Virus record (IMG/VR): IMGVR_UViG_3300033068_001704
Location: 158,155-222,154 of that record
Direction: 5' to 3' (one strand)
DNA length: 64,000 nucleotides
Origin: a virus
Taxonomy: Duplodnaviria; Caudoviricetes
The position numbers and the translations under genes were made by a program. Below are positions 1 to 10,075 of this stretch, piece by piece (position 1 is the first letter of the stretch; each line of letters begins with the position of its first letter). Below the pieces are notes generated by a model. The model saw only the letters and a list, made by a program, of their open reading frames with translations, was not told where the DNA came from and did no database searches.

Positions 1-552
1 CTCTTCGACCTCGGAGACCGGGTTGCCGCAGATCTCGGTGGACTCCTGGATCCACTTCTTGAGGACCGTGAGCTTCCCACCCGAGGCCATCCGGATCCCA
101 GCCAGCTTGAACAGGCGGGGGATGGGGCTCTCGACCTCGGAAGCCTGGACGACACGGATCGCCTGCGAGGAGTCATCACCGAAGACGTCACGAAGAACGT
201 TCTGGTGCGACTTCAGTCGCGGGAGGAAGAACTCCAGGAACTGCGTCCGGTTCGCGTACGCCATGACGCCGCTGCCTCGGAGCGCCTGGTCGAGCCGTGT
301 CTTGATGCGGAGCTTCGCCTTCTCGGCGGCCTCGCGGCAGATCGAGTCGATCCCTGCATCCACAGACGGGGAAATCCGACGCAGAATGATCGTCGCGTCC
401 CCCCTGTGTGCTCGAAGTCGAGCTGCATCGACCCCCGAGTGGAGCGCGGGATCTGAGTCCAGATCGGATAGGACCCGGTCTACCGCGGCAACAGCCAGGT
501 AGAAGGAGGTCATGTCGAGGAAGTCGGGGGCCTGGATCTGGTCGTTTGCCAC
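1..552 (-). CDS. Hypothetical protein, partial (runs off the window start); MANDQIQAPDFLDMTSFYLAV...
   Basis: Manual translation: open frame from GTG at 552 to position 1, GGAGA upstream, phage-like codon usage. Absent from the ORF track because there is no stop in the window. Confidence 0.7.
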   Translation of the reverse strand, partial: MANDQIQAPDFLDMTSFYLAVAAVDRVLSDLDSDPALHSGVDAARLRAHRGDATIILRRISPSVDAGIDSICREAAEKAKLRIKTRLDQALRGSGVMAYANRTQFLEFFLPRLKSHQNVLRDVFGDDSSQAIRVVQASEVESPIPRLFKLAGIRMASGGKLTVLKKWIQESTEICGNPVSEVEE

Positions 553-616
553 GTGGGGATCTCCACTCGCCTACGGCGCGCTACCCTAACCCCCTTATCG
601 CAGGAATAGAGCGACG

Positions 617-1225
617 ATGCCTTATCGACACGCACCGCTCCCCGAGCCTGATGTTGCGGGGCTAGACACTGCCTTCTGGCAACAGAAGAATACCGTCTCG
701 GGGGAGGGCTCTGCAATCCGATCGGCGGACACGCAGATCGTCAACGGTCTTACGCGTTTCGTCCAGGATTGGTACAAGGAAACGCAGCGGCGCTACCCGA
801 CGACGTACCACGTCATCCTCCACGACCTGAACCAGGCGGCGAGCGGGCGCGGTACGTACCTGAAGGTCCGTGGGAAATCGAGGTTCCTCCTTGGGGTCCT
901 CGCCTCGATCGCGGAGCTGGGGGGATGGCTCTCGGTGAACCCCGAGCTGTTCGACCAGGCGAAGGCCACGCACGCTGAGGTGTCGGCTTCGGTCAAGGAG
1001 TCCGCGATCCGGTGGTCCCAGCAGGACCCTCAGATCCGCCGTGTCCTTTCGGCCGCGTTTCGGTCGAACTCAGCGAAGTTGGACCCGGATCTCCTGTACG
1101 GGTACCCCATTCCGCCCGAAGACATCATGGAGGGGGTGTACTTCCGCTCGGTTGCGCAGTACGACTTCTTGTTCTTCGAGTCCCCCCGGACGGCTCAGAA
1201 CCTGTTTCTGTACCTGTACGGCTGA
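617..1225 (+). CDS. Hypothetical protein (202 aa)
   Basis: Clean ORF divergent from the previous gene, typical GC3 codon bias. Confidence 0.75.
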   Translation: MPYRHAPLPEPDVAGLDTAFWQQKNTVSGEGSAIRSADTQIVNGLTRFVQDWYKETQRRYPTTYHVILHDLNQAASGRGTYLKVRGKSRFLLGVLASIAELGGWLSVNPELFDQAKATHAEVSASVKESAIRWSQQDPQIRRVLSAAFRSNSAKLDPDLLYGYPIPPEDIMEGVYFRSVAQYDFLFFESPRTAQNLFLYLYG

Positions 1226-1270
1226 TTCCCTGGGTCCCTGACCCCCCTAGTGACGGTAACGCTTACCGTC

Positions 1271-2875
1271 ATGTCTCAGAATGATCTCGCGGCCCTACAC
1301 GCCAAACTCAAAGACATCCGGACGCGCACGGACCTCCAGACGCGACCCACCCCGCTTCTGAAGCTGAAGTTCATCGCGCTCGACGGGAGCGAGCGCGAGG
1401 TCAAGCTCCGCTACTACCAGGTTCAGGGGGTCATGCACCTCCTGGCCATGAAGCGGTTCCTGCTGGGGGACGACACAGGCCTTGGAAAGACGCTTCAGTC
1501 GATCGCCGCCCTCTGCTTTCTTTGGGAGCGGAAGCCCGACCTCAAGGTTGTGATTCTCACGACGAAGTCGGCGGTCGAGCAGTGGGCCTCGGAGTTCGAG
1601 CGGTTCACCACCATCCCTCGACCCCTGGTTTGCCGGGGAAACCCAGCTCAGCGGACGAAGATCAGGGAGAAGTTCATGGCGACCGAGGGCCCGGCCGTCA
1701 TGGTCATGGGGTATCGGTCCGCTGTCCAGGATCTCACGGAGATCCAGGAGTGGGGTGGGTTCATCCTCATCACGGATGAGGCGACGGCCTACAAGAACCA
1801 GAAGACGCAGTGCCACCAGGTCATTCGGCACCTTTCGATGCGGGCGGAGCGTCACTGGGCCCTCACGGCGACCATGATCAAGAACGAGCTGGTCGAGGGG
1901 TGGGGGATCTACAACGCCCTCGTCCCTGGGCTCTTTGGGAACCACAACAGCTTCCTGAACGAATACTGCATCACCAGGATGGTGAAGTTGCCGAAGTCGA
2001 ACCGCCAGATCCCCATGATCGTCGGGTACCGGCAGCGCGACATCGACGCGTTCAGAGAGAAGATCGACCCCTACTTCCTCGGGAGAGCGAAGTTCGAGGT
2101 CGCCTCGGAGCTTCCCCCTCTCTCCACGAAGCACGTCAAGGTCACCCTCACGAAGTTCCAGCAGGAGAAGTACGCGGAAGCGCTCTCCGGGCTCCTCGCG
2201 GTCGGGAAGGGGGACCAGGCAGAAGAGAAGGAGGTCACGAAGCTCACCGCCGTGACCTACTGCCAGCAGATCGTCAACCACCCTGAGCTGATCGGGTGCG
2301 ATGGGGACTCGGACAAGCTCGACACACTGCTCGATCTTCTGACGGAAGGTGATCTCGCTGACCAGAAGGTCATCGTCTTTTCCCGCTTCAAGAAGATGGT
2401 GGACATCATGCTCCTCGCCTTGAAGAAGGCAGGGATCAAGGCCACGCGAATCACGGGGGATGAGGACGAGAAGGCGCGCAAAGCCAACCAGGACGCCTTC
2501 CAGGACCCGAAGTCGGAGATCCGAGTCATCTGCATCACCACCGCAGCATCGGAAGCGATCAACCTTCAGGCAGCGAAGGCGATCGTGTTCTATGACACGC
2601 CGTGGAGTGCCGGGGAGTATCTTCAGCTCCTCGGTCGCATGATCCGCATCGGGAGCACGCACGACCGCTGCTACGCGATTCACCTCAACGCGGTGGATAC
2701 GATCGACGAGCGAGTCGCGAAAGTTCTGACGAAGAAGATGGATCTCGTCGAACGCGTCCTCGGAAAGCGTATCAAGGGGGAGGACGATGCGAACACCATC
2801 GTCGGGGTGGAGAACGACATCTCCGACCTGTTCAGCACGCTGGTCGAGGATGCGAAGCGGAGACAGACGACTTGA
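1271..2875 (+). CDS. SNF2/SWI2-family SF2 helicase/ATPase
   Basis: LLGDDTGLGKT (motif I), ITDEA (II), ALTAT (III), VIVFSRF, EAINLQ, QLLGRMIRIG (VI). Start placed at ATG 1271; the ORF track starts at GTG 1250. Confidence 0.92.
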   Translation: MSQNDLAALHAKLKDIRTRTDLQTRPTPLLKLKFIALDGSEREVKLRYYQVQGVMHLLAMKRFLLGDDTGLGKTLQSIAALCFLWERKPDLKVVILTTKSAVEQWASEFERFTTIPRPLVCRGNPAQRTKIREKFMATEGPAVMVMGYRSAVQDLTEIQEWGGFILITDEATAYKNQKTQCHQVIRHLSMRAERHWALTATMIKNELVEGWGIYNALVPGLFGNHNSFLNEYCITRMVKLPKSNRQIPMIVGYRQRDIDAFREKIDPYFLGRAKFEVASELPPLSTKHVKVTLTKFQQEKYAEALSGLLAVGKGDQAEEKEVTKLTAVTYCQQIVNHPELIGCDGDSDKLDTLLDLLTEGDLADQKVIVFSRFKKMVDIMLLALKKAGIKATRITGDEDEKARKANQDAFQDPKSEIRVICITTAASEAINLQAAKAIVFYDTPWSAGEYLQLLGRMIRIGSTHDRCYAIHLNAVDTIDERVAKVLTKKMDLVERVLGKRIKGEDDANTIVGVENDISDLFSTLVEDAKRRQTT

Positions 2876-3798
2876 CGACCCCCGGGAAGAAGAAGTCCGC
2901 ATGCCCCAAGGGGGACGAGTGCCCGGTGTGCTTCGGGCTCGGCTTCTATGAGGACGGGTCCACGACGAAGGTCGGGGAGACTGTGGTCGGAACACCGGTC
3001 ACTCGACCGTGCAAGTACGCGCTCGCCCAGGAGATCTCGTACCTCCTAGACCAAGCGCACCCGGGCCTGTCGGAGGCCAAGAAGGTCAGCTCCTCGGAGC
3101 TGTTCGGGCGGGAGGACGACGACCTCTACATCACCGGGTCGATGGCGGCCTTCCTGTCCCACCTCAAGTTCGTGGCGATCCGCATGGGTCGCACGAGAGG
3201 CGTCAAGGTGGTGTCTGATTCGGAACTCGTCACGGCCTGGCTCGGAAGCGTAAGCCTGGGTGGGGGAGAGATTCTCGACCCGGATGCCGCAGCCGTATCG
3301 TCCAAGAAGTTGACGCTGGTCGATCTCATCGAGCCCCCGGACCTTCTCGTCATCCGTCTCGGCGTCAAGTCGGCCCGGAACGTCGCGATGTGCGAGGTCT
3401 TCGAGGAGGCGCTCCGGCATCGGTCTCACCGCAACAAGGCCACCTGGGTGTACGACCCGGACTGGTACGCTGACTCGTTCGGTTCTGAGAACCTGAAGAT
3501 CAGGGCTGACCACCGTTGTTACTCGATCCGCGTCGAGGAGTACATGGCCCCCTGGCCTCACGTGAAGCTCGATGCGGGAGGTCCCAGACTTCAGGTAGAG
3601 ATGTACACGGGGAAGGAAGAGGGATCCGAGACGGCAGCTTCAGGGGAGGACACGCCGGCTACGTCGATCACGAATTTCATCCCGACCCTTTCAGGGGCCC
3701 ACAACTCGGCCAACACCGGAGCGCGCCGTTTCGAGCGAGAGACGCGCGAACCCAAGCAGAAGAAGACCCCTTACAAGGGTAGCCGCGGGGATTCATGA
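2872..3798 (+). CDS. DnaC/IstB-like helicase-loader homologue with N-terminal Cys cluster; Walker motifs degenerate
   Basis: CPVCFG...PC N-terminus, LYITG, DLLVIRLG, EEALRHR...ATWV pattern; TTG start overlaps the SNF2 stop; lies immediately before the DnaB-like gene. Confidence 0.55.
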   Translation: MTTPGKKKSACPKGDECPVCFGLGFYEDGSTTKVGETVVGTPVTRPCKYALAQEISYLLDQAHPGLSEAKKVSSSELFGREDDDLYITGSMAAFLSHLKFVAIRMGRTRGVKVVSDSELVTAWLGSVSLGGGEILDPDAAAVSSKKLTLVDLIEPPDLLVIRLGVKSARNVAMCEVFEEALRHRSHRNKATWVYDPDWYADSFGSENLKIRADHRCYSIRVEEYMAPWPHVKLDAGGPRLQVEMYTGKEEGSETAASGEDTPATSITNFIPTLSGAHNSANTGARRFERETREPKQKKTPYKGSRGDS

Positions 3799-5348
3799 AG
3801 TTCCTGATCCGTTCCACGTTCCTGTCGGTCCCCTCGGACGACAAGGAACTCACGTTCCGGAATTTCCTCCTTCTCGATGACTCGGGGCTCGGATTCGATG
3901 TCCCTGAGGACCTCATCCTCTGGGAGTTCGTCCGAGACTTCTCCCGCACACACAACCACTCCCCCGACATCCGCACGATCCGGTCTCACTTCGAGTCGTT
4001 GCGGAAGCCTGAGCCGGTGGACCGGCTGGAGATCATCTCCACCCTCAAGCCGCTCTATCGTGGCGACTTCATCAAGCGCCTGGAAGAGCGGGCGGAAGAC
4101 CGGCGGACGAAGCGCACCCTGGAGGTCCTGAGGGAGGCTGGGCAGATCCTTCAGGTGGGGATCGAGATCCAGGAGGGGAAGGATCGGCGCAACAAGAAGA
4201 TGCTCCGGGGACCCATCGACGCGGTCCGGTACGTCATCGAGAAGTCCCACGACATCGTCACCCCCACGAGCAGCGCACGCCTCTCAGGAGAAGCCCTGGG
4301 AGACGGTGATGACTTCCAGGCGGAGTACGAGAGGATCAAGAACGACCCTCTCGCAGGCATGGGCCAGTTCACCGGCATCCAGCAGCTCGACGAAACGCTC
4401 AAGGGGGCGAAGCGGTACGAGCTGTGGACTCACGCAGCTTTCACTGGTGGCATGAAGTCCACGTTCGCGATCAACTGGTTGTACAACCAGGCCGTCTACA
4501 TGAAGCACGACGGCTTGATGTTCTCGCTGGAGATGCCGTACAACCAGGTCCGCCGGATTCTCTTCTCGATCCACTCGATGCACGGCAAGTTCCGCGAGAC
4601 CCGCATCAAGCTCGGCATCCAGAAGGACGGTAGGAACGTCGGGATCCCCTACGAGAAGCTGAGGGACGGGGACATGTCCCCGGCGGAAGAACAGTTCCTT
4701 CTCCATACGGTCATCCCCGACCTCAAGAGCAGCGAGTACGGCAAGATTCATATCGAGGTCGCGGACCCAGACAAGAGCGAGTTCACCGTTCTCGACATGA
4801 AGAGCCGCGCGGAGCTGATCTACGCGAAGTCCCCGTTCGCCCTCCTGATCTGCGATCACGCAGGCCTCATGGCCCCACGTCATCGCATGGGAAGCACGAC
4901 CGAGAACCTCAACGAGGTGATCCGAGATCTGAAGCGGCTCGCGATGAACTTCAACAGAGGCGCAGGCATGGCTGTGCTCTCGCTGTTCCAGATCTCCCGA
5001 GAAGGCTTCAAGGCAGCGGAGAAGGCCGTCGAGAAAACTGGTGCATCCTTCAGCACCGGGCCCTACAACCTGACCCACCTCTCGTACGCCAACGAGTGCG
5101 AGCGATCCTCGGACATCGTGACCGCTTCCTACGTCAACGACGATCTCCGCTCGCAGAATCGTGTCCTCTTCCAGTGCCTGAAGACGCGCGACCAAGCCCC
5201 CTTCTCGAACTTCTTCACTCGGGTCGAGTGGACGTCGAGACGAATGCTCACCTCCCATGAAGTCCCGATGGTTCAAGGGAGACCTGATGGCGATGCTGCC
5301 AAGGAAAAGATGAAAGAGACCCTGGACGAGATCATCGAGGCGATGTGA
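3795..5348 (+). CDS. DnaB-like (SF4) replicative DNA helicase
   Basis: TGIQQLDE..G, AFTGGMKS (Walker A), FSLEM, LICDHAGLM, LFQISR, ERSSDIV, LKTRD. Confidence 0.88.
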   Translation: MKFLIRSTFLSVPSDDKELTFRNFLLLDDSGLGFDVPEDLILWEFVRDFSRTHNHSPDIRTIRSHFESLRKPEPVDRLEIISTLKPLYRGDFIKRLEERAEDRRTKRTLEVLREAGQILQVGIEIQEGKDRRNKKMLRGPIDAVRYVIEKSHDIVTPTSSARLSGEALGDGDDFQAEYERIKNDPLAGMGQFTGIQQLDETLKGAKRYELWTHAAFTGGMKSTFAINWLYNQAVYMKHDGLMFSLEMPYNQVRRILFSIHSMHGKFRETRIKLGIQKDGRNVGIPYEKLRDGDMSPAEEQFLLHTVIPDLKSSEYGKIHIEVADPDKSEFTVLDMKSRAELIYAKSPFALLICDHAGLMAPRHRMGSTTENLNEVIRDLKRLAMNFNRGAGMAVLSLFQISREGFKAAEKAVEKTGASFSTGPYNLTHLSYANECERSSDIVTASYVNDDLRSQNRVLFQCLKTRDQAPFSNFFTRVEWTSRRMLTSHEVPMVQGRPDGDAAKEKMKETLDEIIEAM

Positions 5349-5350
5349 AG

Positions 5351-5722
5351 ATGAGTACGAAGTGGATTTCCGACAGTGAGTGGACGTGTGCTCGACACAT
5401 CCCGATGACGCGGTTCCCTGTGAACCTGGAGCAGTGCTGGTACTGCCGAGCGGAGAGACCCCCGCTCGATGGTCGAAACCCGGTCATCCCGCCGCGTGTG
5501 GCTCCCCCTCAGCCTCGGATCAAGACCGCGGCGGCGGTGACGGGAAAGTGCGCCTGGGGACCGTGCAAGAACGCGAGCGCGAGCAACTCGAAGTATTGCA
5601 GTCGCACGTGTTCGAACCGGAACGCACGCGCTCGCTTCAGCAAGAGTCAGGAGCTGACCCCTGAGCCGGCCCCCACCCGTCCGAGAACGTTGCGGGATAC
5701 CCCCAGAAGGGCAACGACGTAG
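5351..5722 (+). CDS. Small Cys-rich zinc-finger protein
   Basis: CARH...CWYC and CAWGPC...KYCSRTCSNR (CGNR-like). Confidence 0.6.
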   Translation: MSTKWISDSEWTCARHIPMTRFPVNLEQCWYCRAERPPLDGRNPVIPPRVAPPQPRIKTAAAVTGKCAWGPCKNASASNSKYCSRTCSNRNARARFSKSQELTPEPAPTRPRTLRDTPRRATT

Positions 5723-6303
5723 TGAGCCGCTCGCGCGAACGTGCTGATCGAATCCGTACTGAGATCCCGATCGTGGATCTGCTGGCTACGTACGGGTACG
5801 AGGTCCGTGCCAGCGGGGGTGACCGAGAACAGCAGTTTTCGTGTGACCTCCATGGCGACGGAACGGATTCTAAGCCGTCCGCGCGAGTCTATCCTGAGTC
5901 GGGTCACTGGTACTGCTTCGCCTGTGCGACGAGTCGGGATGCGATCCAGACGGTTCGTGAGAAGGAGGGGCTCGACTTCGCTGCTGCGTGCGCGCTCCTC
6001 GAACGTCGGTTCAACCTTCCTACGCTCCCTTGGAGCGATGACAACGACTCCCCCACGAACGAACTCTCGGCCTCCTTGGAGGCTCCGGTTCCGACGGTCT
6101 TGGACGCGCAGAGGCGCGTCTCCTCGCTCCTCAAGGCGTTGACGGAGGAGAGGTCTCTTTCCCTCCACGAGACCCTGGTGTTCTGGGAGCAGTACGACCG
6201 CGTCTCGTTCGCGATGTCGAAGGGTGTCGAGGGCGCGTCGGAGGCCTTCCTGAAGCTGAGGGACCGGTTGGTCCAGGCGGTTGGGCATCAGGCCGCAGCA
6301 TGA
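5722..6303 (+). CDS. CHC2 zinc-finger (DnaG primase N-terminal) domain protein without TOPRIM domain
   Basis: IPIVDLL...CDLH...KPSARVY...WYCFAC...DAIQ.V...EGLDF..A...L. Confidence 0.85.
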   Translation: MSRSRERADRIRTEIPIVDLLATYGYEVRASGGDREQQFSCDLHGDGTDSKPSARVYPESGHWYCFACATSRDAIQTVREKEGLDFAAACALLERRFNLPTLPWSDDNDSPTNELSASLEAPVPTVLDAQRRVSSLLKALTEERSLSLHETLVFWEQYDRVSFAMSKGVEGASEAFLKLRDRLVQAVGHQAAA

Positions 6304-6725
6304 ACGGGGTTGTGGTCACGACCATCCCAGACGCGGCATGGGGCAACCCCAAGATCGCTCGGGCCGTGGGGGATGACCGCGATCCGTGGGGCGTCCTCGC
6401 CCCGCTGCGTGAGACACCCTGGGAGGACCTCATTCCTATCGTTCCTGCCTCGATCCTCGATCAGGCATTCCGGGGGCACGCGACGCCCCTGATGAAAATC
6501 CTAGGGCCGCCCCCCAGCGCGCTCATGAGGAGACTTCCGGTTCAGTACACCCAGTGCCGAGAGAGGCGTTCCTGCATCAACGCGGGGCCCCTGTGCAGGC
6601 CGGGTCCGAAGATGCCGGACTGCTGGGAAGGTGAAGGTCTCGACAGCGCAGCCGTTGCCGTGGCCTCTCAGATCGCCCGTCTTTGGCGGGAAGGCACGAT
6701 TGTGATCGTCTTGGAGGATTCATGA
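6300..6725 (+). CDS. Hypothetical protein
   Basis: ATGA overlap with the previous gene; Cys cluster. Confidence 0.7.
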   Translation: MNGVVVTTIPDAAWGNPKIARAVGDDRDPWGVLAPLRETPWEDLIPIVPASILDQAFRGHATPLMKILGPPPSALMRRLPVQYTQCRERRSCINAGPLCRPGPKMPDCWEGEGLDSAAVAVASQIARLWREGTIVIVLEDS

Positions 6726-7333
6726 GCATCGTTGCAGAGCAGATCAGGTACGAGGAAGGCCGTCGCGTTGGGCGGACCACGCAAAGTCTTCGCCATGCAC
6801 TCAACTTGGCGGCGGAGGGGCGGAAGGTTTCTTACGTCACCCACACGACGGATGCTGCGACCGTACTTCGCCAATTCATCATGGGTGACGAGTCCTTCGC
6901 AGACATCCGAGCGAAGATCGCTCTCCACTGCAAGAACGAGATCCGCTTTGAGGGCGGGGGGGTTGTTCGGTTCTTCAGCTTCATGCAGGACCGTCAGGGG
7001 AGGATGCGTGGGTACACGACGGCCGTGATCCCCGACCACTACGCCTACGAGCAGGCGGTCGAGGCCTTGCGGGCGCAGGACGCTCGGGTCGTCAGGCTGG
7101 AGGGGCAGCTACACGCTCAGGATGGGCGTCTCGATGAGTCCCTTTCCCAGAACCTCCGGCTGATGGATAGGATCCGTGATCTGGAGCGCTCGCTGGCGCA
7201 AGCCACGGATGGAAGTGAGGACGAACGCGTCCGCACGGCCTACCTCAAACTCTCAGAAACCCGCAATGCGCTGAAGGAATCGGAGGAGACCATGTCGCTT
7301 CTGCGGGACCTGCTCGGGAGGTCTCAGGGGTAA
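6722..7333 (+). CDS. Hypothetical protein, degenerate P-loop-like N-terminus plus coiled coil
   Basis: ATGA overlap; GRRVGRTT and RMRGY..VIPDH; heptad-rich C-terminus. Confidence 0.6.
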   Translation: MSIVAEQIRYEEGRRVGRTTQSLRHALNLAAEGRKVSYVTHTTDAATVLRQFIMGDESFADIRAKIALHCKNEIRFEGGGVVRFFSFMQDRQGRMRGYTTAVIPDHYAYEQAVEALRAQDARVVRLEGQLHAQDGRLDESLSQNLRLMDRIRDLERSLAQATDGSEDERVRTAYLKLSETRNALKESEETMSLLRDLLGRSQG

Positions 7334-7345
7334 CCTAGGTTCCCC

Positions 7346-10075
7346 ATGAGTGATGACGGCATCTTCGAGTTCCTCGAACAGGTAAAGGCCCACAAGGTCG
7401 AGCCGAAACGCTGGATGACGGATGGTTCTCACCATCTGAAGCGAGGCACGACCGAGACGCTCCCAGAGATCGTGGACGCGTGCATCGAGTCCGGTCTCTA
7501 CTCCCTGGACCTGGAAACGACAGGCCTCGACAACCGAGTCTTCGACGGGGAAACCGTCTGCAAGATCGTCGGGGCCTGTCTTTCCCCCGACGGGGTCACC
7601 GGGTACTACATCCCGGTCCGCCACAAGGTCGGGATCGAGCACAACATCCCGTGGAGCGTGTTCAAGCGGGAGATGACGCGTCTCATCGCGTCCCCTGCGC
7701 GGGCGATCTTCCACAAGGGCAAGTTCGACCAAGAGTTCCTCCAGTTCTGCGGGGGTGACGCCCTCGGTGAATGGGATGAGCCTGGGAAGTGGGAGGACAC
7801 TCTCATCCTCGGATACCTCCGAGACACCCGACAGAAGCGGCTCGGCCTGAAGTTCATGGCCAAGCAGGAACTCGGGATGGAGATGATCGAGCTGGAGGAT
7901 CTGTTCCCCGAGGAGAAGCGCAAGGGGAACCTCGACTTCTCGGAGCTGGATCCCTCGTGGGATCCGGTGATCTGGTACGCCGCGTCGGACGCCATCTGCA
8001 CCTGGAAGCTGTATCCCGTCCTCTCGAAGCCGGTGCTGGAGCCGGACGATGGGAACGCCGGTCAGAAGACGGTCTACCAGTTGGAGAAGCTCTGCGTCGC
8101 GGCGACGCGGTGGATGGAGCGCGCACGCATCCTGACCAACCAGGAGAAGGCCAGGGGCCTGATCCGGCTCGGTCAGAAGGAGTGGATGGAGGCCATCGAG
8201 GAGGTCTACCGGTCCGCTTCGGAGATCGTGGGTCGCGACGTACGACCTGGGTTCTACCGCCTGATGACTGGTCTGGTCGAGGGTCATGCCTCGCACAAGT
8301 TCGACATTGAGGAGGTCTCCCCGTCGTACATGGAGCGTGTGGACAACGCGAGGCGCGAGGCGGAGAAGCTGAAGCTCGACCCGACGGCCTCGAACGGGAA
8401 GAAGATCGCGATCGAGACGATCTCGAAGCGCGTCCCCTCTCTCGTGAACAAGGGGCAGACCGAGGAGGTCTCGTTCCCGGTCGTCTACGACATCCTCAGT
8501 GCCCAGCAGCTCGGGTCCCTCTTGCGCGAATGCAAGGTTCCCGGACTCGGGGTGACCGAGAAGTCGGGTCAGGTCGCAACGGGCAAGGATGAGCTGGACC
8601 GCGTGCTCGAAGAGCAGGGGGCCAGATTCCCGTTCGCTGCGAAGATCAAGCGCTTCCGAGAGGTGGGCAAGGCTCTCTCCCAGTACCTCGTCCCGCTCAT
8701 CGAAGACTGTGCCCCCGACCACACGCTGCGGGCGAGCTTCAACGCCCACAAGCTCGACACGGGGCGGTTCAACTGCGAGTCCTCGAAGCGCCCTGAGGTA
8801 GACGGGGGAACGCGCTTCCCGTTCCATGGCACCCCTTCGACGTACGACCCGAACCGACCGGAGTGCCTCGCGCGGATCCGAGAGTGCCTCATCTCGCGGC
8901 CCGGGAAGAAGATGGTTGCCATCGACTTCTCGGGTGTTGAGCTTCGGATCGTCACGAACCTCTCCTACGAGCCGAAGTGGCTCCGAGAGTTCTTTCACTG
9001 CTCGGGCTGCGATCACATGTTCGAGGGCGGCAACGGGGAAGTGACCCCGGCGCCCCCTCCTCCCTTCTGCCCCCTCTGCGGATCGGACAAGATCGGAGAC
9101 CTGCACACGCTCACGGGCATGGCGATCTACGGGGATGAGGCCCCCAAGCGGGAGGACTGGAAGGTCCTTCGTGGCAACGCAAAGGCCACCAACTTCGCTC
9201 TGTGCTACGGCGGCGGCGGGAACGCGGTCGATACAGCGACGGGCTGCGGAAAGAACGAAGGCTGGCGCATCAAGGACCAGTTCGACAAGGCCTACCGAGG
9301 TCTGAAGGCATGGTGGGGGCATCAGCACGCCTTCGCGAAGAAGTACAAGTACGTCCTGACGGCATTCGGACGGCGCTACCCACTCCCGGACATCGACAGC
9401 GAGCTGGGTGGGTTCCGCTCCAAGGCGGAGCGGAACGCGACGAACGGGCCCATCCAGGGGACTTCCGCGGACATCACCAAGCTCGCGATGGGCCTGATCT
9501 ACAAGGAATGCAAGAAGCGCGGGTGGTTGGAGAAGGTGCACCTTCTCATCACGATGCACGATGAGCTGGTGTTCGAGATCGACGACGACATCCTCGCGGA
9601 GGCCATCGAGATCTTTGCGGTTCTCATGAACCGGAACGCCGCGATCCTGAAGCTGAAGTGGCCGGTGCCCCTCACGTCCGACGTCGAGATTGGGCACGAC
9701 TGGACGGTGCCGTGGAACCTCAACAAGATCCGCCACTACAAGAAGTGGCCGGAGGAGTTGCGGACCCTCTTCGTGGAAGCGGCAAACGGGGCTCCCGCAG
9801 GGACTTCGGAGAACCCCGAGGCGAAGTCTGAGCCGGTCGCCCCGAAGCGAGAGAAGGTCGTCTTCGTGTACCGGATCAAGTCCTTCGGGCTCAACGAGGT
9901 CCACGAAATCGCCAAGATCCTCGTGTCGGCCAAGGGAGGAGTGAAGAACCCCGCCACGTTGAAGATCGTGGGTCCGTCTGGGGAGGACCTCACTTCTTCG
10001 ATGATGATGGTGTGGGGTGGCCCGCTTCCGGAAGTCGAAGCTCCGGTGGTTTCGGAAGCTGAGGTGGCAGCGTGA
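7346..10075 (+). CDS. polA: Family A DNA polymerase (3'-5' exonuclease plus polymerase)
   Basis: Exo I SLDLETTGL, Exo II HKGKFD, Exo III YAASDA; TGRF; motif A IDFSGVELR, motif B RGNAKATNFALCYG, NGPIQGTSADI, motif C MHDELV. Confidence 0.96.
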   Translation: MSDDGIFEFLEQVKAHKVEPKRWMTDGSHHLKRGTTETLPEIVDACIESGLYSLDLETTGLDNRVFDGETVCKIVGACLSPDGVTGYYIPVRHKVGIEHNIPWSVFKREMTRLIASPARAIFHKGKFDQEFLQFCGGDALGEWDEPGKWEDTLILGYLRDTRQKRLGLKFMAKQELGMEMIELEDLFPEEKRKGNLDFSELDPSWDPVIWYAASDAICTWKLYPVLSKPVLEPDDGNAGQKTVYQLEKLCVAATRWMERARILTNQEKARGLIRLGQKEWMEAIEEVYRSASEIVGRDVRPGFYRLMTGLVEGHASHKFDIEEVSPSYMERVDNARREAEKLKLDPTASNGKKIAIETISKRVPSLVNKGQTEEVSFPVVYDILSAQQLGSLLRECKVPGLGVTEKSGQVATGKDELDRVLEEQGARFPFAAKIKRFREVGKALSQYLVPLIEDCAPDHTLRASFNAHKLDTGRFNCESSKRPEVDGGTRFPFHGTPSTYDPNRPECLARIRECLISRPGKKMVAIDFSGVELRIVTNLSYEPKWLREFFHCSGCDHMFEGGNGEVTPAPPPPFCPLCGSDKIGDLHTLTGMAIYGDEAPKREDWKVLRGNAKATNFALCYGGGGNAVDTATGCGKNEGWRIKDQFDKAYRGLKAWWGHQHAFAKKYKYVLTAFGRRYPLPDIDSELGGFRSKAERNATNGPIQGTSADITKLAMGLIYKECKKRGWLEKVHLLITMHDELVFEIDDDILAEAIEIFAVLMNRNAAILKLKWPVPLTSDVEIGHDWTVPWNLNKIRHYKKWPEELRTLFVEAANGAPAGTSENPEAKSEPVAPKREKVVFVYRIKSFGLNEVHEIAKILVSAKGGVKNPATLKIVGPSGEDLTSSMMMVWGGPLPEVEAPVVSEAEVAA

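Noticed and set aside
23-502. Plus-strand ORFs at the window start
   Set aside because: The minus-strand frame from 552 to 1 has better codon usage and an RBS
8995-9085. Intein in the DNA polymerase
   Set aside because: The insert is too short and lacks the terminal HN and splicing blocks
7253-9904. Very long antisense ORFs (also 1295-2995, 16476-18719, 25382-27226, 44530-46899, 48733-50205 and 57204-60140)
   Set aside because: They are shadow frames of well-supported genes, caused by high GC3 bias, and contain no recognisable motifs
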